Assembly: GCA_031835245.2 (NCBI GenBank)
Contig: JAVKOQ020000044.1
Span: 1 to 64,000, forward strand
DNA from: Balamuthia mandrillaris
Taxonomy: Eukaryota
Direction of reading: 5' to 3'
DNA: 64,000 bases
The notes under the pieces were generated by a model. It searched no databases, was not told the DNA's origin, and worked only from the letters and a program-made list of their open reading frames with translations. The number at the start of each line of letters is the position of its first letter. Positions within the stretch are counted from its first letter, which is position 1. Both the position numbers and the translations under genes were made by a program. Of the stretch, positions 51,066 through 63,500 are shown piece by piece.

Positions 51066-52945
51066 TCAGTCCTTCTTGAGGCGATGGGCATGGAAATAGG
51101 CGCTAGACAGCCATCCAAACACCACGAAAATGCCGCCAAGAATGGCGCAGGTCCTCGTGAGAAAGTGAGCCAAGGACCGTGGGTTCTCCTCATAGGTAAC
51201 TTGATAAGGAGAGAATTCATAGGCAAAGAAAACACCTATTTTGTTTTTTTTTTTCAGAAAGAGGAAAGAGTGAGCGCAAAGAATAGAATATCAAAGGGAA
51301 AAAAGAGAAATGGTACCGGGTTGCCAGAATGTGGAGGCCTTCTTATCTACCCATTGCTTGTTGGAGGTGAAAGAGTATTGGAATGTATTGATGACCTTGC
51401 CGCTTCGTGACTTGAATTGAGTTGGCACCACTTGAAGCTTGTACGTATAACGATATGTTTCTCCTGTTGATGCATGGGATTGGCAAATTAAGAATTAAGA
51501 ACAGAGAAGCAGGGGAGAGAAACGATGGCATAGAGCGGGAAACAACCTTCTGGGTCAACAATGTAGAGATCTTCCAAAGGTTGCACCACGTCTGCTAATG
51601 GTGGTCCAAATTTGAGCTGAGTGCCATCAACACGGAATGTAAAGTCAGAACAGGAGAACGTAAAGAGAGAATTAAGAGAGCTCTGAAAAGAGAAACAAAC
51701 AAGAATGGGAATAGAACTTACAGAGTGAATGTGGTGACTAGAATTGAAGGCGTAGAGTTCCGGCATAGTGAAGTGATGCACATGTGCTGATGCAAAACGT
51801 TATAAATCAATCACTATGAGAGAGAGAGAGAGAGAGAGGAGACCAGCAGAGAATGTAGAGAGAACTTACATGCAGCAGCCTCGTGGCCATGCTCAGCTCC
51901 GGATTTGTGCGTATCCTTACCAAGGCCAACGTGGAACTCCCCCGCCACTTTGCTCACCCAAAACTGCCCATGCACCTTGCAACCCGCTTTACCTTTTTTG
52001 TTTGGTGCTTCAGTGTGTCACGGTCAGCGTCACAGCAGAAAGAGAGAACGAGAATGGAAAAATGAGAGAAGGTAAATAACTGAGGAGAGAAGAGGGAGAG
52101 CAGACAGAAGAGCAGAAAAAAGAGAGAAGCCAGAAGAGAGAAAAGAGAAGAGAGAGCAGAGAAAAAAGAGAAGGAGAGAAGGAGAGGAGAGAGGAAAGAG
52201 GAGAGAGGAAAGAGAGAAGAGAGAAGAGAGAAGAGAGAAGAGAGAAGAGAGAAGAGAGAAGAGAGAAGAGAGAAGAGAGAAGAGAGAAGAGAGAAGAGAG
52301 AAGAGAGAAGAGAGAAGAGAGAAGAGAGAGCGGTGAAAGAGCACGCACCTCCCTGTAGCGGCGTTTTCTGCAGCTCAGACCCTTCCATAGCAGTAGCGCT
52401 CAACCACAGCTGCCCCGAGGCATCCGTTACATCAAACCCTGTATTTGTTTTTTTTTCTTCATTTAACACAAGACAAAAAAAGAAAGGGAGAGAGAGAGAG
52501 CGAGAGAGAGAGAAGAGAGAGAAGAGAAGAGAAGAGAGAGAGAGAGAGAGAGAGAAGACAGAAAGAGCACGCACCAAAATCAGGACAGTTCATGCCCAGA
52601 ATGTCCATGTCCAGGTGGATGTCCACCGTCTTCTCTCTGCTCTGATCCACCGTGACGTTGGAGGCCACGCCCACTGCCCAAAAGTCATAGACCTCTGACA
52701 ACAACAAATAGGCCAAAAACAAACCACAAATGAGCGACACTGGATGCATGTATGTGTGTTTGATACGATTTTGTTTGTGAGAAGATTGTAGTCCATTTTT
52801 TTAAAAAATAAAAAAACGAAAAGGGTTTACACTTACAGAAGCCACTCACTGGAGAACGAAGACGAGGCACCGTCTCATCGAGCTTTGGGAACACATCGAG
52901 GGCTCTCAGCCGTGTGTGGAAGGACTTGCGCTCTCCTCCATGCAT
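51066..52945 (-). CDS. ERGIC (Erv41/Erv46 family) COPII vesicle protein
   Basis: LRALDVFPKL, N-terminal TM, VAGEFHV, FNSSHHIH, GVFFAYEFSP, CAILGGIF TM, basic tail RLKKD*. Confidence 0.9.
52213..52330. repeat. (GAGAAGA)n intronic microsatellite
   Basis: Directly visible; the same unit recurs at ~55533-55592. Confidence 0.9.
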
Positions 52946-53052
52946 TTCTCTTTCTTCTTTTTTTATTTATTTTTTGTTCGCACTTTTCTTTTTAAGGCTT
53001 ACCTTGCATATTTGGATAAAATTTATGATCTACTTATCCAAATAAGTTTATT

Positions 53053-53094
53053 ACACGTCACTTAATACCTTTTTGAGTAATAACACACGTCACT
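53053..53094 (-). promoter_or_regulatory. Two ACACGTCACT (TGACGTG, bZIP/UPRE-like) sites upstream of the ERGIC gene
   Basis: Exact 10-mer at 53053 and 53085 in AT-rich intergenic DNA. Confidence 0.5.
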
Positions 53095-53207
53095 ATTTCC
53101 TTTTTCTTCAATAAGTAACAAACGGTTCGTCTTTTGAGTAAATTTCAGAGGAAATATCGTCGTTTTATTTACTTTTTGTTCGATGTTTCTTTTTTTTTAA
53201 AATTTGT

Positions 53208-56200
53208 TCATGGTTGGTGGTGCTGGGGAGCATTCCACACGCTCTCCAATAAACGCTCGCGCTCCGCGCGGTCCCTCCTTCTTGGTGCAGCGGCATCCTC
53301 GCTCGTTCCTGCCTCATCGCCTCCGCCACCTCTCTTCTCTCCTCCATTCGACGTCGTTTGTGTTTTGCCGTGGCTGTTGGAATGGATGTTCATCGTTGTC
53401 GCCATCATCATCCCTCCGAGACCAGCTATGATTCCTCCTACACCCCCTCCGCCGCCATGACTTGTGGAGGCCTTTGTGCGTCGAATCGGTTGGTTGTTAG
53501 AAGGAGAAGGAACAAAAGAGGAAGACATGGCCTTCCCTTCTCCATTCTCGTTGTTGTCGTTGTTGTCTGAACGTTCCATTGCCACAACGTCTTGATGAAG
53601 GATCGCTTTGTACTCATCCAACAAAAATTGAAAGAACGGGCTTGTTCCTTTCTCTCTTTTATGCTTCTTCTTCTGCATCTTTGATCCCTCCTCTTTGGTC
53701 TTAGCGTTCTCCTTTTGCTTCACATCTTCTTCTCGTTCTTTTTGTTGATGTTGTTGCTGTTGCCGCATTTCAGCTACGAAAGAAAGAAGTTCTTCTTCGC
53801 TCAACAACAGCAATCCGTAATACTTTCGCACACGTTCGAACCACATGTCACGACTTCTTTGTTCTTTGACGACGAGAGAGTAAAAGCCAGAAGAGGAAGA
53901 AAAGTAGTTGCTGTTGTTAAAACTGATCGTGGAGGAGTCGCCCATAAAGTCGCCGATGGAAGTTGTGGCATTTGTCATGCATTGTTGCAAACAAAAGGCA
54001 TTCTTGCACATTCGCAACACTCCATTTTGATTTATTTTCTGTTTGTTTTTGAAAATAAGAATGAGAACGAAGGGAAGAAGTCTAAAAAGTAAAACCAACA
54101 AACAAAAATAGCACAAGAAGAAAGAAAGAGAAATAAACAAAGAGCAAGTAAGCGTACGCGAATCTTTGGTAAGCTGTTTATAAGAATGTTGCTTAAAAGG
54201 CAGTCCAACCCGTGGAACACGAAACGAGTCTTTCTGGAAGGAAGACACTTGCTCATCAGCTCAACAGAGTTGTTGAGGTCTTTTGCTAGCTCCGCCACAA
54301 AGCTGTCGGGCTCAGTCGGTTCCGTCGGCAACACATAGGATACCTTTTTGGATCCAAAGTTTAGAGAAAAGCCCGACAAGCGATAAAAGACAAAATGAAA
54401 GAGTACCTTTCGAATGTTATCCAATCGGTAAAAGCATCGCAGTCGGTGATCAATTTTCAATGCCAAAAGGCAATGCTCTGACAGTGATTGAAGCCGACAA
54501 CACAGCCGATCTACCTTGTCTTGAAGTGCTTGTTTGATGTGTGGCTGAAGATATCTACATTGCTGCTGTACAAAGGAAGGATCCAAAGCGGTGATAGAGG
54601 GTAGAAGAGAGTTGGGGACGGTATTGTTGTCTACATCACTGTTGTTTTTGTTTGTTGTTGGGGAGAAAAGAGGAGTGAATAGCGCTCGCAGATTGTGTGC
54701 TAACCATTCCTATATAGTATTGTCAATGAGTTTAAAGAGAAGAGAAAGAAGGAGAATAGATGGTGAGACATACCAAACTATCCGAAAGGTTTGCCAACAA
54801 CTGAAGTTTCTCCACATCTAACACTTTGTAGTGGCCGTTATTGGAAGAGGAGGTCTCACTCTGTGTTTGTGTTTGTCCACCAAATTCGTAGTATTCCTCG
54901 GCAGCGCTAAAATTATGAAAGTAAAGCACTCGTTCTGCATCAAAGAACGGATCCACCACATCTTTGCTGGAGTAAACCTCGTCGTCATCCTCCTCCTTCG
55001 AACCTGAAGATGATGAAGCAGAGGAGCCATCCGAAAGACGTTGAAGCTCACGGGTGAGTCTTCGTTTTCTCCAGGCAAACTTGTCCTCGTTGGGAGAGAA
55101 CATCACAGCACGCTCCCAAGCATCTCCTCCACGAAACAGGTCAAGCAGAGAGGAGTCCTTCATTCTTTTGCCAAGCTCATAATTCTGTGTTAAGAGTTCG
55201 CCGTATTTGGCATTACAACGATCATAGAAGCAATCGCCAAGCTCTTCCACAGCGTTCATGAATGTTTTGGTGTGCTCTTCCGCTTCAGCCATGTGAACGA
55301 TGTTACTGTGAAGCTCTGCAACATCATGAAACATAACCTCTATGCCCTGATTTTTTTTTTTTGGAAAAAAATGTGTTAAGTGTTGTTCTTGTTCTTGGGC
55401 AATTACGTTCGTACATGTAACAGAGGACGTTGATTAAGTTGCATTTTGCTTTGAGAAAGACCCGAGGTTTTGCTGGGTTTAAAGGCATCCGGTTCTGTGT
55501 TAATGAATGAGAAGCTTTTAGCGTGAAGCGCAGAGAGAAGAGAGAAGAGAGAAGAGAGAAGAGAGAAGAGAGAAGAGAGAAGAGAGAAGAGAAAGACCAT
55601 CTAACAGTTGGACCAATTGACGCCTATAATCAGCAATAGTGAAGGGAAGATAATTGTCGTTGATAAAAGTATTAAGCCAATTGCGCAGGTGAGATGTAGA
55701 AGTCTCGTCATCGTTGGTGTTGGAAGAATGACGAGGAGAGGGAGTCGCTCGGAAGAACGAACCACCGCCATAGAAAGCGGAGGGGGCGGTCAAAAGCACG
55801 TTGTTGCAAACGCTACGAATGAAACTGCTCAAAAGAGGATAGAGAGGACAGACGTTGTAGGGACTCGCTTTGAATAGAGCAAATGAAGCGGTGACCAGAT
55901 CTTGCTCTTGTTGTCCGCTGACATTAAAAGTTGCTGCTGAAGAGTCTGCAAAACTGAATAACCTTCGCTGTAACATATAAATACAACAAATAAGATGAGC
56001 ACGTATGTAGAACAGAGAAGAGAAAAGAATGTCTTACTTTCGGTCTGTTGAGAGAAGAGGAAGAGATAGATTCTCTTGTAAGCGAATCGCTGGAGCTAAT
56101 GGCAGTAACGCTTGCAGCGGCATTAAATTCAAAGGATGAGGCTTGAAAATATACGTGAAGAAGCGCCACAATCTGTATTTCAATGTGATAGGAGCCACTG

Positions 56201-57525
56201 TAAATAATCAAATAGAGGGGGGGAGAGAGCAGTTTTTTACTTTGGTTTGAATGATGTCCCAAATGGAATGGATGTTATAGCTCGAGTCACCACCGTCTAT
56301 GTTCTTTGTTATAGAATGGAACATACTAGCAACATGTTTATGATTGCGTAGCACATGATATAACTTTTCCAACAAAACTTTCATGAAACTGACCAAAGCT
56401 GTTGTTGTTTGTAACCAAACTGAATGTAAGCAATGAAAGTAAAAAATGAAAGAGACGAATAGATGCGACTTACCATCGTTCGCTGTTCTTAGAGATCCAG
56501 CAGCACTTGTGGAGGTCGCCGAAGACGAGGTGCTCAGTCGAGCCCGCAATCCAAAACTTTGTTCTTTCCTGAACAGGAAAAAGCAGATCCGAATGAGAAC
56601 AGAATAAGAGAAAGAGTCATAGATGGAATGTATACCGCTGTTGACTAGCTTCCACGATAGTGGAATCTATAATTTTATGGAGCTCGTAGGAAACTTTGTT
56701 GGTGATCTGATGCATTGTAGGAGCCGCATTGTGATCCAAAACCAGCAGAGCGTTCACCAACTTTTCCATCTCTAAGTGGCTAGTGTCCAACACTCGGGGG
56801 CTTAGCGTCAGTTGTGGCAAGACTGTGCCATTTACCGGAGTGTTGGAGTGAATGGACAAAGTTGTGTTGTTGGAAAGATATATACACTTGTGCAACTCTT
56901 CCACTAATCTTTGATGAAAATGCTGCCATAGTATAATCAAGTTACATGAGAAGAAGAAGGACAAGAACAACAAGAACAAACAAGCAAAAGAATACATACT
57001 TCATTCCAGTCTAATATGAACGTACGAGCGTTGTAGAGGGCACCAATGCTGCTCAATTCTTCCTGTCTCAATAACTTGACGCACTGCTTCAGCGTTTCTG
57101 CTGCTTTTACCCACTCCTGTCGCTCTGCCAACGACTTGAGTTGGTCTGGTGCATTGTGAAGCTCGTCTCTTTATGTTATTTAAGGGAGATGTGTATTAGA
57201 GAAAGAAAAAAGTTGACAGAGAGGAGGAAAGTAGAGAAAGAGATAGAAAGATGGTGGTGAAGTGGAAGAATTCTTACACTTGATTCAAAATACGAAGAGT
57301 CTCCTCGAGCTCAAGGTGTTTGGACCAAATCTTGTGCAACTCCCCAGTTCGAAGGAACAGTCGTAGCTTGATGGTCCTGAGCTCCTCCTTCAGTAACTTA
57401 GCCGTTACTCTGGATTTTGAGAAATGGCCCAACATTTGCGAGTAGTTTTCGATGGATTGGTTGATACCTCCCCCGTATGCTGTTTTGGAATTATTTTGTG
57501 AACATGCAAATGTAGTGCGAGGGGG

Positions 57526-57559
<34 letters not shown>

Positions 57560-58397
57560 GACAGAGAGACAGAGACAGAGAGACAGAGAGACAGAGAGAG
57601 ACAGAGAGACAGAGAGCGGAGAGAGAGAGAGAGGGAGGGAGAGGGAGAGAACAGGAGAGAGGGAGAGAAGGAGATGTAGAAGAGAACAGGAACGCGAGAG
57701 ACAGAGAGCAAAGAGAGAGAGAGAGAGAGAGAGAAGAAAGCAACCTTGCAGAAGCGTAGCAAGGGCCTGGTCCATGAGTTCAAAGTCCTGCTCAATTATT
57801 TGCCTTGCATGTGTGGAGTCATCCGACTGTATGACCTCCAGCACTTTGGGCAGGGGGTTAAAGCCTCCTCCTTCTTCTCTCGGTCGCTCTTCCACTGGGG
57901 GTGGCCTTTCACTCGCTTCGCCCTTCTTCTCCTCTTCCACTGCTGACTTGTCTGCTGCTGTGCCTTTTCTCCATTCTCCACTCTGTTGTTTGAGACACAG
58001 AATGAGCGAGAGAGCAGCTTAGGATGAGAAAATATGGAGGAAGAGAGAAGGGAGGAGATGAGAAGAGATTTACTTTGTAGTTGATGGGAGTCCTGAAGAA
58101 AGGATCGACTTGCTCCAAGAGGCTGGGAATCTTTTTCAACCGTTTCTGGAGCTCGGGGGAGAGGTTCTGCTGTGGACCCAGCAGCTCTACCTCCTCTACA
58201 GAGGCCTCATGCTTGTACTTGGGTCGAACGTTGGAGGAGGCCGATGCTGACGCGGAGGAGGAGGAGGCTTTGCTGTGTCGATGCTGTTTGGGTGGGGCAG
58301 CATCCTCTTGTGGACGATGGGAGAAGTCCATCTTGTCGACTCTGCCTCTCACCCTCTTCTTTTTCTCGGGCGGTTTGGCGACCCCTACATGAGACAT
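53208..58397 (-). CDS. EXOC4: Exocyst subunit Sec8
   Basis: Sec8-like N-terminus (FNPL...INQSIENYS...EELSSIGAL...LVEELHKCIYL) and C-terminus (INQNGVLRMCKNAFCLQQ...FERVRKYYGLL). Confidence 0.8.
57522..57630. repeat. (GA)n/(GAGACA)n intronic microsatellite
   Basis: Directly visible. Confidence 0.85.
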
Positions 58398-58494
58398 CGT
58401 TTGTTCTCTCTCCCTCCTTTGGAGACCTTTTTCTTTCTTTCTTTTCGTTCGTTTTTTTGTTGATTTTTCTTTCTTCTTTCAGCGGACGAGTAAT

Positions 58495-58531
58495 GTTCCC
58501 CGGTTCGAATCCCGTTGGAAGCAACTTTTTT
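58495..58531 (+). promoter_or_regulatory. B-box / tRNA-3'-end-like motif in the Sec8-ARPC2 divergent promoter
   Basis: GTTCCCCGGTTCGAATCCCGTTGGAAGCA followed by T6. Confidence 0.55.
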
Positions 58532-58907
58532 GTTGGGAAGGTGACGTCAACTGACTGGGGAATGGTAATTTTTCGGAGTTAAAGGTTGATTGATGATTGG
58601 TTGGCCTGTCCGCTGCCCACGTCATCGGACCGCCGAAAGGAAAATGTCGCAATTCCAGAGCTGAGAAACGGGATGACGCTCCCGTCAGAGTGCTTTGTCC
58701 ATGACTTTTATTTGTCGACTACACTTCCCTGCTAAGTTTTGATACCCTAACACTGGACGTTGTTTTGCATCGTACGTAGGCCAGTCTACCCAAGGAGAAA
58801 TATTAAATTGTTTTTTTGTCGCCTCTTATTATTTTGTTGCTGTTTTTTCTCTCTGCAAAGGTTAAAAAAAAAAGTAGCACACACCACACGTAGAGAGAGA
58901 GAGAGAA

Positions 58908-59801
58908 ATGATTTTGTTGGAGATCCCTAACCGCGCCTTGGTGGACACCATCAAGAAGGCCTTCACCGCCGAGAAGAGGTCCGCTTTGGACATTGCCCTG
59001 GCTGACTTTGATGGCGTGCTCTACCACATCACCGCCAACCCCCAACAGAGGAACCTCCTCACCATCTCCATGCGCTGGGGCTGCGCCGCTGAGTGCAAGC
59101 AATACGGCGCTGACGCCAAGATCCGCGAGGTCTACGGCAACAAGGTCACCTCCACCGAGAACGGCTACGACTTTAGCCTTTTGATCGACTTGGATGCCGT
59201 CACCTCCCCCGAGGAGCAGGACAAGCTGGCCACCGAAATCGGCAAGCTCAAGAGGCACGTCATCGCCGCCCCCTTTGGCCACGTCTTTGACGCCGTCAAC
59301 AAGGGTGGTGCCGCCCAGATGGCCACCGTGCGCTACCGCGACCACGAGGCCCTCTACATCAAGCCCGAGGGTGACCGTGTGACCGTCATCTTCTCCATTA
59401 ACTTTAGCGACAAGGACGACATTGTCATCTCCAACGTGTTCCTCAGCGAGTTGGCCAACGTGCGTAAGCAAATGACCAGCGCTCCTGGTGTCATGTTCTT
59501 CAAGGAGCCCCCCTTGGAGTTGAAGGGCGTCAGTGGCGTCCACACCGGAGACGATCAGGGCTTTGTCTCCTTTGCCTTGTTCAAGGGCCACACCCAACCC
59601 GTCCAACGCGAGAAGGTCATTGACATGATCCACCTCTTCCGTGACTACCTCCACTACCACATCAAGTGCTCCAAGGCCTACCTGCACACCCGCATGAGGA
59701 ACCGCGTGGAGTCCCTCCTCCAGGTCCTCAACCGTGCCAAGATGAAGAGCGCCAACAAGGAGAAGAAGAAGTTTGGCGGCCAGACTTTCAAGAGGTCCTA
59801 A
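58908..59801 (+). CDS. ARPC2: Arp2/3 complex 34-kDa subunit, intronless
   Basis: MILLE, ADFDGVLYHI, FRDYLHYHIKCSKAYLHTRMR, LNRAK. Confidence 0.98.
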   Translation: MILLEIPNRALVDTIKKAFTAEKRSALDIALADFDGVLYHITANPQQRNLLTISMRWGCAAECKQYGADAKIREVYGNKVTSTENGYDFSLLIDLDAVTSPEEQDKLATEIGKLKRHVIAAPFGHVFDAVNKGGAAQMATVRYRDHEALYIKPEGDRVTVIFSINFSDKDDIVISNVFLSELANVRKQMTSAPGVMFFKEPPLELKGVSGVHTGDDQGFVSFALFKGHTQPVQREKVIDMIHLFRDYLHYHIKCSKAYLHTRMRNRVESLLQVLNRAKMKSANKEKKKFGGQTFKRS

Positions 59802-60274
59802 ACTCAACGGACCAGCTCACCTCAAAGGCATGCTCTGTTATTTTTTTTTCTGTTGAAGAGCGAACGGAACAGAGGGTGCAGTGGTTTTTCCCCTCCCCTC
59901 TTGTCCCTCTCTTTTGCCAAAAAAAATTGCAGGAAGCTTGCTCCTCTGTGTAACCCATTCTGTCACAAAGTAAAATACAAATCTAAAAACAAATCCACAA
60001 CTCGTTCTTTGAAGCAAAGCGGAAAAGAAAGCCTGTAAAAAACAAATCTTGCTTTGGGCGCTTGGACGGTGGTGTTTATTCGCCCTCATGTTTTTCCCTG
60101 CGTTACTTCCCCCTTTTCTTCCTGCTCGTTCTCTCCTCTCTCCTCTCTGCTCTGCTCGTTCTCTCCTCTCCTCTCTCTTCTCCTCTCTCTCTCTCTCTCC
60201 TCTCCCTCTCCCCTCTCTCCTCTCTCCTCTCTCCCCCTCTCCTCTCCACCAGTTTTCCATGACGACACAAAATA

Positions 60275-60336
60275 TTTCCCGCCAAAACGACGCTACCACA
60301 CATCCGTTACACCCCTGTATGAATCCTCCCGCCAAA
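60275..60336 (+). promoter_or_regulatory. Two E2F-type sites with a Myb/MSA-like core between them
   Basis: TTTCCCGCCAAA (60275), TCCCGCCAAA (60327), CCGTT (60304), ~300 bp upstream of kinesin-5. Confidence 0.55.
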
Positions 60337-60597
60337 CAACCAGCCATGATAAATTTTCTTGCGGTTCTTCTATTTATTTCCGTTCAACAGCAGAATAACA
60401 AGGGAAAAAAGAAGAGGAGAAGAAGAAGGGTGTATTTTGTTGGGCGATTTTTGTGAAGAGAAAGAGAGGTTCTTTCTCTTTGTGTGCTATTTTTTTTCCC
60501 CCCTCCAACTTCCTTTGTCTTATTATTATTATTATTTTTTGTTTTGTTTTCATCTTTCATCTCTTCCATCCATCCGACACCTCAACAAAAAAAAAAG

Positions 60598-63500
60598 ATG
60601 AGCGCAAGAAGCAAGAAAACCGAGGCCAAGACAAAACCTGTCAACGTGCAGGTCTTTCTCCGGTGCCGCCCCATGAACCCCCGCGAGGTCTGCTCCAACC
60701 TCGAGAACGTCGTGCAATGCTCCTCCCTCCGCAAGGAAGTGTCCGTGCAGCTCCACCACAAGAAATCCTCTTCCGTCGCTTCCTCCTCCTCCTCCTCGAT
60801 CAACAGCTCCCTCATCTCCGCTTCCGCTTCCTCCTCCACCGCCACTCTTGGCACCAAAAGCAAGACCTTCACCTTTGACGACGTCTTTGGCCCGGACTCC
60901 ACCCAGCGGGACGTCTACAACACGGCCATCGCCCCCATCGTGGAGGAGGTGCTCAAGGGCTTCAACTGCACGGTCTTTGCCTACGGCCAGACGGGCACCG
61001 GCAAGACCCACACCATGGAGGGCAACCACGCCAACGGCTGTTGGAGCGGCAGCGAGGCGGGCGTCATCCCCAGGGCCATCCACCAGATCTTTGACTCGCT
61101 GGAGGTCTCGGCGGTGGACTACTCGGTGCGCGTCTCCTTCCTGGAGCTCTACAACGAGGAGCTGTTTGACCTGTTAGCGCCGGACTCTTTGACCGGCGCA
61201 GAGGAAGGAGGGAATGGCGGAGGAGGCTATAACAATAGTCTCAACAATGGAGGCAAACAGGCCAACCTGAGGATCTTTGATGACGCGACGAGGGGCATCA
61301 CTGTGTCGCCGTTGGAGGAGGTGCATGTGAGCAACGCGCAGGATATCTTCACCATCCTCGAGAAGAGCTACCACAAGAGACGTACTGCTGAGACGCAGCT
61401 CAACCATAACTCCAGGTTACACGCTTTCTCTCCATTCTTTCTAGGTTCTTGTTCTCACTTAGGTGTTTGCTTTACAACAGTCGCTCGCATTGTATCTTCT
61501 CGATAGTGATTCACACGAGAGAGGCCACGCCGGAAGGAGAAGACCTCGTCAAAGTAGGCAAGCTGAACTTGGTGGACTTGGCCGGATCTGAGAACATTGG
61601 CCGCTCCGGCGCCGTCAAGGAGCGCAAGAGAGAGGCCGGCATGATCAACACTAGCTTGTTGACTCTGGGCAGAGTGATCACCGCTCTCACCGAGCATCAG
61701 AACCACGTGCCTTACAGAGAGAGTAAGCTCACTCGCTTGCTTCAGGACTCTCTTGGAGGCAAAACCAAAACATGCATCATTGCCACTGTTTCTCCAAGGT
61801 TTGTTCCTTTCTTTCTTTCTTTATTGCTGTTTCTTCTGTGCACCTTTGTTTCTTCTTGGTGTAACGCATTCCCTATATTGACTTTGTTTTATTCCCAACA
61901 AAAGTTCGGATTGTATCGATGAAACATTGAGCACGTTGGACTATGCTCACCGCGCAAAGAACATTCGCAACAGACCCGAAGTCAACCAAAAGATGACGAA
62001 GAAAGCGCTCATGAAGGAATGCGTGGAAACCATAGAACGATTGCGACAAGAACTCCACGTAAGTTTACTTCTCTGTCGCCTTCCTTCCTCTCTTTTTCAT
62101 CCTTTTTAATACTGACTTTTTAAAAACAAAAACAAAGGCTCAACGTTGCAAAGAGGGTGTTTTCCTTCCACAAGACAGATACGAAACCATGGAACAAACG
62201 CTGAAGACACAACGCGACAATCTCGACGAACTAGAAGCTCGTCTGCAAGCTCAAAAGTTGGAGTTGGAAAAGTTAGAGAACATGTTCCAGGAAAAGGAAT
62301 TCGAGCTGAGAGAGAACGTCAAGCAACACAACCAGACCAAGGCTCTTTTGGCGGAGACAGAGGCACTGCTCCAAGAAACGAAGGAGATCTTGAGACAGAA
62401 GGAAGTGGAGTTGTTGGAAACGAATGTAGTCGTCCAGGAGCACGAAAAGGTGGAACAGAAGCTGCACCAAGAGGCCAATGCCTTGATCTCTCGTTTGGGC
62501 GAGACTGTGGAGGACATTGGTGGTTTGCATGGCAAGATTGGTTTGTTTGCTTCTTTGCACTCCTCGTTCTCTTATCACTCTATCAAAAAGCAATGTCTGA
62601 CTGTTTTCCTCAATAGAACGTTCGTTGAATGTAATGTCCGAGAATGAACACCACGCAAACAGCTTTTATCAACGCCTTTCAACGAGAATACAGTCTCTTG
62701 AAGAGAGGCTGTGTGACTGGAAACAAAAGCAAGGCACCGAAATTGCTGAGCTTGAACGTAGCGTCTCTTCCTTTGCTGATACAAGAGGAAAGGTAGGCTT
62801 TAGTCTGCGGTCCTTCTTCGAAGCTTTTACTGAAGTTGTGTTATTCTTTAGGAGATGAAACGATTGGAACAAGAAGCCAAGGGAATGCTCGTTCTGCTCG
62901 CTGAGAAGCGCCAGCAGCTCGTTTCCTCGGTGCACCTCCACAACCAACAGACCACCGGCACTCTCGCCTCCCTCTCCACCGAGGAAGAGGCTCATGCCCA
63001 ACAGCTGGAACATCGTCTTGTTCATCTCTCCGAAGAGGCCGAACGTACCATATCCGACTTGAGCCAAACTGTGGAGCGTCAACGCGCCGAGCTATGCGAT
63101 TGGCACGAACGCGTTTTGCTCTCCCACTTTTCTTCCGCCTCTCAACAAGTCTCTTCCTTTGTTCAGCAACAAGAGAGTTGCGTTCAAACGGTGCATCAAC
63201 GAATGGAAGAATTGGCGGCCAAAGCAGAGGAAAGCTCTCGACAGAAACGAACTTTGCTGGAGCGATTTGTGGAGGAGCAACAGTCAAAGACGGAGCAAAT
63301 GCAACAGGCTCTCATGCAACAAGTGGCTGCCTTTATGCAAAGCTTTGTGGTTGCTCAACAGAAGAGCATGGCAGAGTCTGTGGAGGATCTCATGCACTCG
63401 ATCTCTCGCGATGATGAGGACATTCGTCGCATGCGAGCGGAGCTGCAGCAGAGCACCCAACAAATCGGCAAACAAGCACTCGACATGCGCTCTCTCTTCC

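Noticed and set aside
58803..59807. 334-aa antisense ORF over ARPC2
   Set aside because: Explained by the strong GC3 codon bias of a highly expressed gene; no recognisable motifs.
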